Below, one piece after another: positions 29,952 to 47,754 of a stretch of 64,000 nucleotides of DNA (the stretch's first letter is position 1; every line of letters starts with the position of its first letter). This DNA comes from the human T2T-CHM13v2.0 reference genome, Homo sapiens. The translations under genes and the position numbers were made by a program. The stretch lies in assembly GCF_009914755.1 (NCBI RefSeq), contig NC_060939.1; one strand, given 5' to 3'. A model generated the notes under the pieces. It was given only the letters and a program-made list of their open reading frames with translations. It searched no databases and was not told where the DNA came from.

Positions 29952-32900
29952 CTGTCCACCATAGTGGAATTCCACCATGAATGAAGAAGTGTAAGAAATA
30001 GGCACACCCACACCTTCCCCTCCTCAGCTCTAAGATGATCAGTCCAGGTGCTCACTGCAGAATAAGCCAGAAGGAAACAAACAGGCATAAACTTAGCTAG
30101 TAGGCTGTCTCAAAGTTGTGTTTTTTGTGTTTCAGAGTGTTGAGGAAGTAATATTACGAGGCAAATTAAGCATGATCTTTCATCCAGCTCTCCAAGTCAG
30201 GAACCACTCTGATTTGGAGGGGCCACTGAAGTGGCTGGTTGAGAGTGAGTTGGTGAGATGTTGCTATCAGTCACCTTGCTCTGTTCCTCTTCTCCATTGC
30301 CCTCAACCTCAGAGCCAACTGCCAAGTGAAGAAAGCTGGACTGCAGGCTAAATTAGGGAGTCACAGCTGATTGAGATGTGAGAAGACAGGGAATAAGAAA
30401 GAGACTAAATAAGGGCAGAGCAAAATTCAAATAAGAGAAGGTGGGAAAAAGGAAATTGGGAAGGAAGGAGAAATAAGAAAATAGTTAATGATTCTAAGAA
30501 AAATCCTGCTTGAATGTTTATAGCCACATAATCAGAGTGAGCAATGTCATTTTCTACCACTCTTCACTCATTTTTGGAGGCTTTATTGTCTTGTGTTACT
30601 TTATGTTTGGCAGGAGGCATTATTTTTCCAATTAAAAGAAATTTTACCTTTCCCAGCTATAGAAAAGAGTGAACAATACATACTGTAAAACATTTATAAT
30701 TTAGACTTTTAAAGGGAAAAAGTACTTCTAAATTAATGAAAGTCTGAATTACACAATACTTTGAAGAAGTATAGATTTATTGCTTTTGAGGAAATACCAT
30801 AATAAACTAGTCTTTCCTAGTGCAGATATTTGGACCTGTTCTAATAAATAAGTTGGAATTATTTTCTTAATGGTTGTAAATACATAACTTAAAATGCAGT
30901 CAAAGAATACTTCTCACACTGGAATCTGGGATGTGTTTTCAAGGGTCTATGAGTTCTCCAAAAGAGCTGAATATTAAACTGAAAGTAAAGTTTACATCTA
31001 AAATAAACTAATGTAAACACAGGCAGGATCATTGCAATGGCCATATTAACTAAGCACAGCAATATAATTTCCAGGACTACAAATACCTTTCTGTTTCTAA
31101 TATGAGCTGACACCAAGCACACTACTTTAACTGTAAGAAATAATGAGAAAAGAAAGGCTCACTTAATATGTAGATGATACAGTTCTACCAAGTAAAGACC
31201 AAAATGACATCATGGTGCAACCACTGTGTATTGTACCAATCTTGAATTTTCAATACCGTAGAAAGAAATGTGGCATAAGAAGACAGCCAATGGTAATGAA
31301 AACTGCAAAGAAAACTAGGGTGGCTGGCAGCTCCTTACCCACACAGTAAGCAGCAATTTAGTTTCAGCAAAACTTCATCTATTATATTAAATTGCTGTTA
31401 ATTTGCATTTCATTAGTTTTGCAGGGTTTTTTTGTACTTAACTTTCAAATTTGTTTTATAGCTAAATGACAACTATAAGCATAAAGAATTTATACCTAAC
31501 TTTATGTTTTTTGTATTTAAGTAAAATTATAATAATGTACGTCAACACTGACAGAGCACAGTTATTTTTTTCAGTTAAAAGGAGGTCTATAAATTACCAA
31601 AGTTTGAAAAGTAGTGCTTAAAAACAATAATCTCTTATGTCAGGTAAGCATTCCTCTTGTGATCTTATTCACATTACTAATTTGCTAAGAATCTGTTAAA
31701 GGAGTATAATAACTACCGTCAAACAAAGCTCTTATGAAAATGAATTAAGATAAAATATATAAAATGCCTAACTCGAAGGCTGATTCATAGTAAGCACTTA
31801 ATAAATATTAGTTATTTTCTCCTTTTATTAAATTTCTACATCCAGCGGAGGCCAGGAAGGGGTATGATCCCTCTAATCTCCTCCACACATATCCACACCC
31901 CATCTTGACATACCAATTGGGCACTTGGGAAGCTATTTCAATGGGAACACTGTTAACTATGCTTAGGTTAGACTTCAGTTATCATGGATGATTTAATTGA
32001 AAGTTTTAGCTGCCTTGTAAACCTGTTTAAGACTTATTGCTTCTACAGGGAAAACATACTCCAAGTTCTGAGCAAGTGACTTGCAAGGAAACTTTAGCAT
32101 TCCATCTTGGACTTGTGTTTTGCATCAATTTCAAGAGATGCTGTCAGATTCTATCAGGAAGGAGTTGCTGAGCAATAAGGTAATGTGATACTATTGTGCT
32201 TTAAGAATTCAGGTGGAAATGGAAAGAATATATTGACAGGAGGCAAGGTGAAAGGTAATGTAGTTGTTTCAACTAGTATAATACTAGTCCAGAGAAGGCC
32301 CCAAACTAATATAGTGGCAGTGGGAATTAACAAGCAGGGGCTGATGTGAGAGGCTAAATTGATAATTTTTATCAACCAGTGGGATAATAAGAGTGACTAA
32401 AGATGACCCTGTGGTCTGTATAGATCAAAACCCAGGATCAGTTTCCCAGAGATATACTGAAATGTGGACAATCAAGCTAGCACCAACTGCACTACTTTAA
32501 CTGTAGAAAATCATGAGACAGATGATGTCCGAATGGAAATAACAAACACATTCTAAAACAAAATGTGTGATTTAAAATTCTTCCCATTGAGAAATATCCA
32601 GATCTTTAATTACTATTTACTTATGTAAACTTGACTCTAAACCTTGACTGCAAGTGGTTTAGTGAGAGCAGTAAAGAAGATGCAGGATGCTGAGGTGGAT
32701 GAGAGAGAAAATGAAAAAGGCAAAGTGACAATTCTTTAGTTAGTTTTATTTTATTACAGAATAAAGTTAGAAAAATGAGACTTGGGTTTAGTAACTGAAG
32801 TGATGAGGCCAGTGATGGACCATGAAGGATGGGAACTGTGGCCAGGGCATTCGAGAACTCCAGATGTGCATGAGCACATGACAATAGGTTTCTACAGGAC

Positions 32901-34003
32901 TGTTCTCAAGAAAACAGCAGAAGCTCAGACTCTGGGGAGTTACTGGATATTAATATACAAGGAGACCGCAGTCTGACAGAGGAAAAACTAAACTATCCCC
33001 CAATAAAAATATGCTGGGTCTTAATTCTCCTCATCAGTGAGATATCTACCTGTGGTTTGTATCACTGGACTACTAAAGTGAGCCCAAACACCTCCCAGTG
33101 GAAAGTGAGAGGTGGAATGCCAGCCATTCTTGAAGAGGTGCTGGGCCCCTGGCCCTTGTGGGTGCCAGAGCACTAGGAGTATTTCCATTCCTATCGTAAC
33201 CACTCACCAATTAGGAGAACCCTCAGAGGCACAAATCAACAACACTCAAGGCCATTGCTAATAAGATTTGTAAAAACAGACAACTTATCAAACTCTCTAG
33301 GCCGAACGGTCCTTACCTTTTTTTTTAAATGAAAAAAAAATTCTTTATATTATACAAGTAATCAGAAAATAAAAATATGCAAAAAGCAATGAAGAAACCC
33401 CCAAATCTGACTACATACTCTTCTGTGTCTTTTTTCTGTACACAGATCAAGGTGTATACGCACAGACACACAGACATATTTCACAGAATGAACATGCTGT
33501 TTGGTAACAAGAGTACCTTTAAAGTCTTTCCCCAAATTTACAATCTATTCAAAACATTATATACATGCAAATTTGGGTTAAAATACCATTTTGAATTATT
33601 CAAACAAATTTAACAAGAGACAAATGAAGTTGGAGTCAGAGATCTTTAATAACCTGAAACAAAAATAATTCTCACATATAAGAAACACCTCTTCTCTATG
33701 GATATAGTTATCTGGCAAGATTACCTATTCAGGATACAGCTGAAAACTAGACAAAGTAGGAAAGCACCTTTTATAGTTTCATTTATAGACTCATTTTACA
33801 CACAAATTTAATTTGATCAGCTTAAATTAGTTTTATTGATCTTGTTTGTACAGAAATAAAGGTGAATGCTCTACTTATAATTTAATGAATTATAGCTGTC
33901 TCTCTCAGGCTGCCTTATTTGTATATCCCCTATCCACTTTACTATGAACCAAATGAGACTCTAATGTTAATTTGAGTGGAGATACGTGTCCACCGCTCTT
34001 TTA

Positions 34004-34335
<332 letters not shown>

Positions 34336-37314
34336 TAACTCTCTAGCCATCTCTTCTGTGATCTTGTCTATTCCCAAATATTTAAGGGTGGAACAACTTT
34401 CCAGAGTTTGCCATATAACATATACTTTATAATCTATATTCCAGAATTATACCTCTTGCTCCTGTCGTCTGAAGCTCCAGACTTCGGCTGCCTACTAGAC
34501 CTTTCCAAACACAACTAATTACATCTTTCCTCCAAAACACAGTATGCTCAACCTTTTTCTAGGTACCATAACAGTAAATGGTATCAAAACATTGGCAGAC
34601 ATTCAGACTGGGTCAACTTTTGACTCCTCCTGGTCCTTCTCATGCTATATCCAATCAATTGTCAGGTTTTATCTTTCCTAATCTGTCCTCTCCCTTTGAC
34701 CCATCTAGCTATAACTTGAGTCCTGGATTTTCATTGCTCTTTGTCTGAAATACTGAGATAGTATATTTTGTGTCCCAGTTCCTCTAAAATACAGCTCCTT
34801 AACTACTTTAACTCTTCATAAAGCCATTAATTGTTCTCAGTTGCATATATAATACATTTAAACTCCTTAGAATAAAATTTAATGCTCTTTGTGATCTGCT
34901 ACTGACTTACCATTTTTAAAGCAGCCATTATCTCCTCCATGTCCACTCATATAGCAATTGTTCAAAATCCTATAGATCTTTTGATCCTCCAGTCAAATTT
35001 TAATTCCCCTGTGAAGTCTCACATCCTCCTCTTAGAATTAACTGCTCCCTTCCCCAGATTCCCATCATATGGCTTTTGCATACCTTACTCCACCCCCCGA
35101 CCCCCACTAGTCTTAGCTCCTTGAGTGCAGGAGATATATCTTATTCAGTCTTGGCACTGTATGTTTCTTGAACAGATGAATAAATGATGCTCTGCTATCT
35201 GGTTTCATAGACCAAAATAACTTAGAAGGAGACAGCAGCATTCAGACAGAAGTGGCAAGTGACAAGTGACTACCTGACAGCAAAGGGGGAGAAAGAAAAA
35301 TACAAGAACCAAACTTAAGAACTGAAAAAGCTTTTCCATGTGGGCAAATAGCCCTATATCCCTTAAGGGCATCACTATATTTTAGAATAGCACTGTAATT
35401 GATGTTGACACCAATTACAGCAAGATAGCAAGAAAATAGTAAATTATGTTCGGGGTTCTGTGTTTAAGAAGGGAAGCAAACAACTAAAATGTGAAATGTA
35501 TTTTGGAAAGATTTTTAAACAACTTATTTTATTTACTATAAGTTTATTTAATTATAAAATAATTACTCTTTATAGAAAACTATAAAAATAAAGACAGAGA
35601 AAAAAAGCACCCTAAATCTTAGTATGCATTTTAAAAACAATTTAGGTCACATAAGCACCAAATGACTATTCAAACTGAAAATATTTTAATGCTTAAAGAG
35701 CTCAAACCCACAGTTATCCAGAAACTTTGGCCAACTAGAATTCATTCTTTCAAAGGAACATAGAGAACTAAAATTTTACTGTATCATTAAAGTTATTAAC
35801 CCAACTCTCCTGTCTTAACTAGTGACTGGAAAACGATGAGGTGGGGAGGAGATGAGGAAGTGGGGAACAATAACAAAAGATAAAAAATAGAAGGTGAGAG
35901 AAAAAGAAATGAACCCAAAATAAATAAAAGGTAGGAGGACAATCAAGACAAGTGAGAGGAAGAATAGAAAAACAGAGAGAAAGCATAATATCTGAGCAGA
36001 CACATTCAGAAAAAGGACAGCTCTTCTTTCATTTTCCCCTCTCTTGACTTCTTTTGTTCTAATTGACTTCAGGCTGATGTGTGTAACCTTAGATGCATGC
36101 TGAATTCCAATGAAGTCCTCCTACATGTATACTTTATACCAAAACCATTCAGTTAAAAGGATTTTAATTGGTGTGCACCATTCCCTGCAATTTCAACATT
36201 TTAAAAATGAATAGTCTCACTAAGTACCAGATGGTGACATGTACTAATTAATCAGGCCTATTCAATGAATGAGCATATTAAAATGAATGCACCTATTAGA
36301 CATGTGTTGCCGACGCTCCATCCTGAGGAAGCCTCCCCTCAAATGAGTGCCCACGGAAGGTGCAGATTTACTGTGCAATACTCACAAGTGTCTTCTGCAA
36401 TTATTTGCAGTAGCAATGCCATCACTCTTGTGTCTCCCTCCAGATCACTCAATATTTCATGCTAAGCAGCTGGTGAGCCTTGCTATCCCTGTATAATCTG
36501 TTTAACCTTCGTAAGCAAGAGCCAGCTAAATATTGGGTCTATAGTGTTTCTACTAAAGAGAAGATCTTACAGACTCATCAAGGTCATTTGTTAAATGGAC
36601 AATGGGTGAAGGACAGATCAAATGAGGCTCTTGATCCAACTCCCTTCCTCCTCAATTTGTCTGTCAGCCGGTGAAAGCCTGAGCACTGCTAGCTGAAGGA
36701 ATAAAATAGTGCAAATGGCAATCCTGCACGACAGGTTGCCATGCTCTGATTTTCCTCAAATGTTGTTAGCATTGGAGAGAAAGGTATATAATAACCTACT
36801 GGTAGGTCTCGGAATCCTACTAGGTACTCTTTTTTGAATGTGACAGAAATCTTAGAAGTCATTAGTTTTCTTAGCTCCTCATACTCATCACTCTTCTATT
36901 TTATACTATCTTGGATCAACATAATTTCAAATGTATTCTAATAGTAGGAAATTCCCCAAATCTCTCTAAATTTACTGAGAAACACTGGTTTCTTATTTGT
37001 TGAAGGCACTGAAAACTGAGCAGCTGATTAGGTAGGGAGACAGCAAGGCATACATAAAACATGGGCTTTGGAGAAAAAAGGGTGTTGTGACACATGCATG
37101 TTAACTGGTATACAGCAAGCACTAACAAATGTTAGTGTTTTCCCCCAGATAATAGCAAATGGTAGGAAAAATAATCAACTTGGAAGGAAACATCACTGAA
37201 TAACAGCCTAAATATGATTACTTTCAGAGAAACTGAGAGGTTATAATAGAAAATGTGATTTTTTGGTATACTTTAAAAATTAAAAACAATATACTTTAAC
37301 CTTCTAAGACAGCT

Positions 37315-37625
37315 TAATTAATTAATTAATTAACTAATTTACAGACAGGGTCTCACTCTGTCACTCAGGCTGGAGTGCAATGGTGCGATCATGGCTCACT
37401 GCAGCCTCGACCTCCCCAGGGTCAGGTGATCCTCTCACCTCAGCCTCCTGAGTAGCTGGGACTACAGGTGTCTGCCACTATGCCTGGCTAATTTTTTTTT
37501 TTTTTTTTAAGATACAGGGTTTTGTCACATTTCCCAGGCTGGTCTCAAACTCCTGGGCTCAAGTGATCCACCTGCCTTGGCCTCCCATAGTGCCGGGATT
37601 ACAGGCATGAGCCACCACACCCAGA
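37315..37625 (-). mobile_element. AluJ with (TAAT)n tail
   Basis: Antisense dimeric Alu. Confidence 0.88.
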
Positions 37626-38264
37626 CTAAAACAGCTTGGAAGACAGAATTTTGAGACATTTGTGCTTGTTTCTGATACATGGCAATAGATATTGCTTAAA
37701 ATGAGAATATCACCCAAAAGAATGCTTAGGGAAGGATAGCCAATGACAGAAACAACAAAATTTGTAGTTACCAGAAAAGCCTCCTTCATGACAAAGGCCA
37801 TTTTATTACTTTCCTTGGGATCTTGCCTAAAAACAAGAGGTGAAATTTATATATTATCCAAACAGAATTTAATTAATTTGGACATAATTGAAAGTCCAAA
37901 ATAGCAAGAACATATTCATCAAGAGGTTTCTATGCAATGATTAAATAATCTTTTGAAAGTTTCTGTTACTTTGGTCTAATAATTTTTGATAGATTTCTGT
38001 TATTTTTAAATTTTTGGTTCTACCTTTACCTTTTTTCTACCTTAATAATATTTTGATACAGCATCTAGCATAGAAGTAGGTTTTTATAAGAGTCTTGTGT
38101 TCTGAGATAAGACAAAACCCAGGAAAACAAGACATCAAAACCAAGTGTAATTCCTAGCCCAAACATTTAAAAGAAACCATGTTAGGGAACTAAGAACTCT
38201 GACTAACTGAAAGGAAAGCAATGATTTATAATAATCTAAGTAGACCACGACAATTTTCAGACTA

Positions 38265-40923
38265 CAGTTGACCCTTGAACAACATGGGTTTGAACTGCGC
38301 AGTTCAACTTACATATGGATTTTTTCAATAAATATATTGGAAAATTTTATGGTGATTTGTGACAATTTGATAAAACTCGCAGACAAACCATGTAACCTAG
38401 AAATATTAAAAAAATTATGAAAAAGATAGGTATGTCATGAATACATAAAATATATGGATAGTATATTTTATCATTTACTATCATAGAGTATATACAAATC
38501 TATTATAAAAAGTTAAAATTTATCAAAACTTAAATGAGAGAAATGTAAACAAATGTAAAGATGTAGTATTAAATAACTGCATAAGTATATGAATAACCAC
38601 ATATTATAATACATACTATACTACTGTAATAATTTTGTAGCCACCTTCTGTTGCTACTGAGGTACACTCAAGTATTCTATCTGCTTAAAAGGCCATGCGA
38701 TGCTAATCATCTCCACATGAACAGTTCATCTCTCCAATAAATTGTGTATTATAGTAAAAAGTGATTTCTTGAGGTTCTTGTGTATTTATCATATCATGTT
38801 TATTTTTAGTGCAATGCTGTAAACCTTAAATAACACATAGGACCCATATGAAATGCCACCAGTGATGCTGGAGGTGCTCCCAAGAAGCAGAGAAAAGTTA
38901 TGACACTTTAAGAAAAAGCTGAATTGCTTGTTATGTACTGTAGTTTGAGGTCTGTAGCTTTAACTGCCCACCATTGCAAGATAAATGAATCTAGCCTAAG
39001 GACCAGTATAAAAAACAGAAAATGAAGTTCATGAGCCATCAATGCAGCAAGGCTAGCAGGCATGAAAATCTTGCATTTTTTGAGAAATACCTTTTTGTAT
39101 CATATTGAAAACAGCATTTGTATGGGTGCAGGATTGCTATAAGAAAGGTATACTTAGAGACTGTAATATTATTCAAGAAAAAGTGAGGTCATTATATGAC
39201 AACTTAAAGCAAAGGGAAAGTGAAGGAGCTAGAGAATTTAATGTCAGCAAAGGATGGTTTGATAATTCTAGAAAAAGATTTGGCTTAAAAAATGTCAAGA
39301 TAACAGGAGAAGCAGCTTCTGCCAACCAAGAGGCAGCAGATAAATTCCTAGATGCTATTAAGAAAATCATTGAGGAAGGATATCTGCCTGAGCAGGCTTT
39401 TAGTGCAAATGAAGTGCCCTATTTTGTGGGGGGAAAAAGCCACCAAGGACATTTATTTCATCTATTTGTATGGAAGAGAAGTAAGCACCAGGATTTAAGG
39501 CAGGAAGGGATAGGCTAACTCGACTGTTTTGCACAAATGTGGTCAGATTTATGATTGGGACTATCCCTATCTATAAAGCTAGTAATCCCCAAGTCTTGAA
39601 GAGAAATGATAAGCCCCAGCTGCCACTCTTGTTTATACAGCAAGAAGGTCTGAATGAGAACCCTTTTTCCAGATTGGTTCCATCAATGCTTTGTTCCTGA
39701 AGTCAGAAAGTACTTTGCCAGTAAGAGACTGCCTTTTAAAGTTCATTTGGTATTAGGCAATGTCCCTGGCCACCCAGAATACCATGAGTTCAACACTGTA
39801 GATATCGAAGTGGTCTACTTGCCATCAAACACAATGTCTCTAATTCAGCCTCTAGATCGGGGGCCATAGGACCTTTAAGGCTTATACAAAGTTCCATGTG
39901 GAAAGGACTGCCAACATTGTGAAAGAGAGCTCTGATAGAGAGAACACCATGAAAGCCTGGAAGGATTAAACTGTTGAAGATGACATTGTTGTTACAGAAA
40001 AAGTTGTGAAAGCCATCAAGCCCCAAACAATAAATTCCTCTGGAAAACTCTGTGTCCACATGTTGTACATGACTTCAAGGGATTTATGACAGAGTTAATC
40101 AAAGAAATCATGACAGAGACTGCGGATATGGCAAAAATAGTGTAGGGTGTGTGTGTGTAAAAGGTGTCGAGATATGGCTCTTGGAGACACTGAAGAGCTA
40201 ATATACCTCACATCAGAAGAATTTACGGAAGATGACTTGATGGAGATGACTGCTTCCAAACCAGCGCCAGACAATGAAGATGAAGATGTAGAAGAAGCAG
40301 TGCCAGAAAACAGATTGAGGTTAGACAATCCAGTAGAAGGATTCTGACGATTCAAGACTGCTATTGACTTCTTTTACAACATGGACCCTTCTCTATGATA
40401 CAGGCACTAAACTAAAGCAAACAATGGAAGAAAGATTGGTACTGTATGGAAACATTTTTAGAGAAATAAAATAGCAAAAAAATTCAGACAAATTACAATA
40501 TATTTCCATAAAGTTACATCAAGTGGGCCTATCTTTCCTGCCTATTTCCACCTGTTCAGTCTCTTCTGCCTCTGTCACCCTTGAGATAGCAAAACCAACC
40601 CTTCTTCTTCCTCCTCCTCGGACTACTCAACGTGAAGACAAGATGAAGGCCTTTATGATGATCCACTTTCACTTAGTCAATAGTAAATATATTCTCTTCC
40701 TTATGATTTTCTTAATAGCATTTTTTCTCCAGCTTACTTTATTGTAAGAATATAGTATATCGTACATATAGAATACAAAATAAGTGTTAATCAACTGTTT
40801 ATATTATTGATAAGGCTTATGGTCAACAGTGGTCAGGTTTTTGAGGAGTCAAAAGTTATATGCAGATTTTTGACTGTGTGTGGGGTCAGCATCCCAACCT
40901 CTACATTGTTCAAGGGTCAACTG
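38265..40923 (+). mobile_element. Near full-length Tigger2 (TcMar/pogo DNA transposon) with decayed transposase
   Basis: Perfect 18-bp TIR CAGTTGACCCTTGAACAA and TA at both ends; pogo-type peptides (SKGWFDN..KRFGL; VYLPSNTMSLIQPLD) in broken frames. Confidence 0.92.
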
Positions 40924-41687
40924 TACATTCTAAAATTCACTACTCAATGTATGGTCTGTAGCCCCAGACCTACTGAATCATAATCTACATTTTTACAAGA
41001 TGCCCAGGTACTTTATAAACATATTAAAGTTTAAGAAGCACTCTACTGAAAACCACCAAGTTTTATCAAACTGTGAATATAGCATAGTAGATTCACATTT
41101 TACAGTTTAAAAGTCCCCTCAATTTGAAAACCATATTCAATATCTAAAAGGCTTTTGTTTATTTATTTTGAAAATCTACTCATTTCAGAACTACTGACAA
41201 CAAAATTAGAGGAGGAGATAAACTGAATAAAGGGCATATTCAATAGAAACTTTAATGTTAGCAGGTGATTGTTTCATGTTTGAAAGATCTTCCATTAGGG
41301 TCAAATGTGCTTCATGTCATTCTGCTTGGTAGGGAAATGGTTAAATTTCTTCTTTCTTTCTATATTTTTCCTTCTAACTAATTTTAGATAGTACATATAC
41401 ATATAGACTCATACTTTACCATAACTTACCTCTGGAGTAAAATATATTATTTAAAAAATTTCTTCATATACTGTGATGTGAGCTCTTTATCAACTATGTA
41501 GATGCTACCAAATGTTTTAGCATTTCTCCTCAGATTTACATGTCATACACTAAATGCATCAAGTTGAGTTCAAGCAACTCAAGACTAATGTTATTGATTT
41601 CAGGGAACAGATTAGTAAAAAGGGGTTCTACCACTCAATGTCTTTCCAACTTTAAGACATATATCAACCCTTAGTTTTACTGTATAA

Positions 41688-42010
<323 letters not shown>

Positions 42011-42056
42011 CAAGCCTTTGTGTCTTAATGCCACTGTTTTCCTATTTCCAAACATC

Positions 42057-42096
42057 ACAGGCCAAAGTGGCTAATCAAGAAACTAAAGATTTACCT
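42057..42096 (+). pseudogene. Isolated ~40-bp HMGN1 CDS fragment
   Basis: ACAGGCCAAAGTGGCTAATCAAGAAA is identical to 45453-45478 and is followed by CTAAAGATTTACCT. Confidence 0.75.
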
Positions 42097-42717
42097 CATA
42101 AAAAAATGATCATTTCTGCCTCCCTTTGATTAGTCAAAGGCTCTTTCTAGTGTTGATATGCTAGATATACTGCTTGAAGTTCTAGCATATCCCAAATATT
42201 GCTTTTTCATCATTTTGGTATATCATATGGGAAAAGCTAATTCAGAGTTTGTTTTTATGTTAATATATTCATGGCCACATTCCAAGGAATGCCTAGCACC
42301 TTGGAATACAGCCTGTCACTTAGCTAGGGGCATAAATGACTAACTCAGCATTGTATCTTAAAGACAGAAGCAGAAGCAGAATCTCCAACCCTAACTGTGT
42401 TAGATGTCATACTTAGATCACACTGGCTCCCTTTGTGCATCTGATTCATCTGCTTTTTGTCAAACTTGGTATTCATTTTAGACTCCAATATTGTTCCAAA
42501 TCAGGCTAAGCTTTAATATTAAAGCAGTCTTCTAGTTAAAGCTGCCTGTAATCTAAGACTGGGTGCAGTCTTAGATGCAGTTTCACATTTAGTCTTTTGG
42601 ATGCAGTTTCACATTTAGCTATTTAAAACCTCTATGTTCAAGAAGCATCATGTTTTCTGCCTGGATTTGTGGGGTGTTGCTCAATTGCGCACCTTGCAAT
42701 TTAGCACTAGATTATTT

Positions 42718-43792
<1,075 letters not shown>

Positions 43793-45121
43793 AAAACATA
43801 GAGACAATAAAAATCTGGGAAATAGTAGCTGTGAAAATTTAAAAATCATTTATATTATTGCTTGAATAGGTAGGCAAAGCAGAATACAATGATGAAGTTT
43901 TATTCTTGTGTTTTAAAATCAAGAGCACAACCCAAAGAATAAACACAATTTTGATGAAGAGCAAAATTGGAGGACTGACATTACCCAACTTCAAGACATA
44001 CTATAAAGCTACAGTAATCAAGACAGTATGATACTGGCAAAAGAACAGACAAATAGATCAATGGAACAGAACAGATAGACCAGAAACAGATCCATACAAA
44101 TACAGTCAATTGATCTGACAAAGGAAATTCAGTGGAGAAAGCATAGCCTTTTTCACAAATGGTACTGAAACAACTGGACATCCAAAAAAAAAAAAAAAAT
44201 CTCAATACAGATACTATATCCTTCACAGAAATTAACTCCCAGTGAATCAATGGCCTCAATGTAAAACATAAAACAATAAAACTCCTAAATGATAACATAG
44301 GAGAAAATATAGATGATGGTGAGTTTAGTGATGACTTTTTAGATTTGACACCAAAGGCATGATCCTTGACAGAAAGCACTGGTAAGCTGAACCTCATTAA
44401 AATTAAAAACGTCTACTCTGCAAAAGATACTGTGAAGAAAATGAGAACACAAGCCACATAGTGATACGAAATATTTGCAACACGTATCTGCAAAGGGACT
44501 GTTATTCAAAATACAAAAATAACTCTTAATTCTCAACAATAAGAAAATGAACAACCAATTTAAAAAGTGTGCAAAAGACCTGAAGAAACAGATAAAGACA
44601 ATATACAGATAGCAAATAAAAAGATGCACCACATCACGTTATTAGGGAATTGCAAATTAAAACAGTAAGGTACCACTACACACCTATTAGAATGTATAAA
44701 ATCTACAATAGTGACAAAACCAAATGACAGCAAGGATATGGAGCAACAGAAACTTATCCATTGCTATCGGGAATGCAAAATGGTACAGACCCTTTGGAAG
44801 ACAGTATGGCAGTTTCTTGAAAAACTAAACATAACTCTTACCATACAATCCAGCAATCATACTTCTTGGCATTTACCCAAAAGAGCTGAAAACTTATGTC
44901 CAAACAAAACCTGCATGTAAGTGTTTATAGGAGCAGCTTGGGTGGTGAGAGGAGCAGCAGTGTCCAGGCAGCCCAGCTTCACAAAGGCTCTCATTGCGCC
45001 GCAGCCTGCAGGCACCAGGTCATACCCTCCCCACTGCCAAGATGCCCAACTGAAGGAAGAGCCCAAGGAGATTGGCCTGGTGGTCAGCTAAATCTGCTCC
45101 TGCAAAAGTGGAAAGGAAGCC

Positions 45122-45470
<349 letters not shown>

Positions 45471-46286
45471 TCAAGAAATTAAAGAAGATTTACGTGCAGA
45501 AAATGGAAAGACTAAAAACGAGGCATGTCCAGCCTTTGATGAAGCCAGAGAGAAAGAAGCCAAGTCTGATTAATATCTTATAACATGTCTTATCAGTGGT
45601 CACTATTTCTCTTCTTGTACAATTCAGAGGAATATTTTTATCAACTATTTTGTAAGTGCAAGTTTTTTTAGTAGCTCTAGACACATTTTCAAGAAGCATG
45701 GAATCCCATCTCATCCCATTTTTTTTTTAAGATCAAATGCCTTTTTTTTTTTAAAAAAAAAAAGAAGTTAAATAATTTGCTAGTTTTTGGTACAACAGAA
45801 GATGGTGTAGGATATTGAGTTATGGGAGGCTCTGACTGTCTTGGGTTTCAGCTTAACATTCCATAGATGAAGGGTTAGTTTTAGGATATAGTTATATCCT
45901 ATAATACAAAGCATACTAACTGGCAATATGGAGCCACAGTTCTGCATTTAATCTCTTGAACATTTTAAATTACTCCTATTCCCATGTTGTTTTATAGCAG
46001 AATTGATTCCTAAAGAAAAATACTCCTTGCTCATGGCTCTCCTTATCAGAATTGTGTGCACTCTGTAACATCTTTGGTTGTGGCAGTCCTGTTTCCCTAA
46101 TAACTGTTAATGTGCTGTGAAAGATGAAAACTTTGAGTATATAGTGTATATGCTATTAAATTGTGAATTGGTAGGATGTATGTAACAGCTTATGAACATG
46201 TGAAGATGCTTGATAGCCAGTACTTGATAGCCATGTAAGGAAACTGCCTCCAAATTTTAAGCTGGGAAGTCACTGGAATAACTTTA

Positions 46287-47754
<1,468 letters not shown>

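Noticed and set aside
29765-30088. Poly-Ala/poly-Cys ORFs and (ATGC)n palindrome with TGCATG motifs
   Set aside because: Products of short microsatellites at a MIR edge, about 7 kb from the nearest exon.
39105-40347. Transposase-like ORFs as a domesticated TIGD-type gene
   Set aside because: Multiple stops and frameshifts; neutral Tigger2 decay.
42574-42618. Short duplications (also about 5171, 50872, 62930) as CRISPR-like arrays
   Set aside because: Only two copies each in eukaryotic intron; ordinary slippage duplications.
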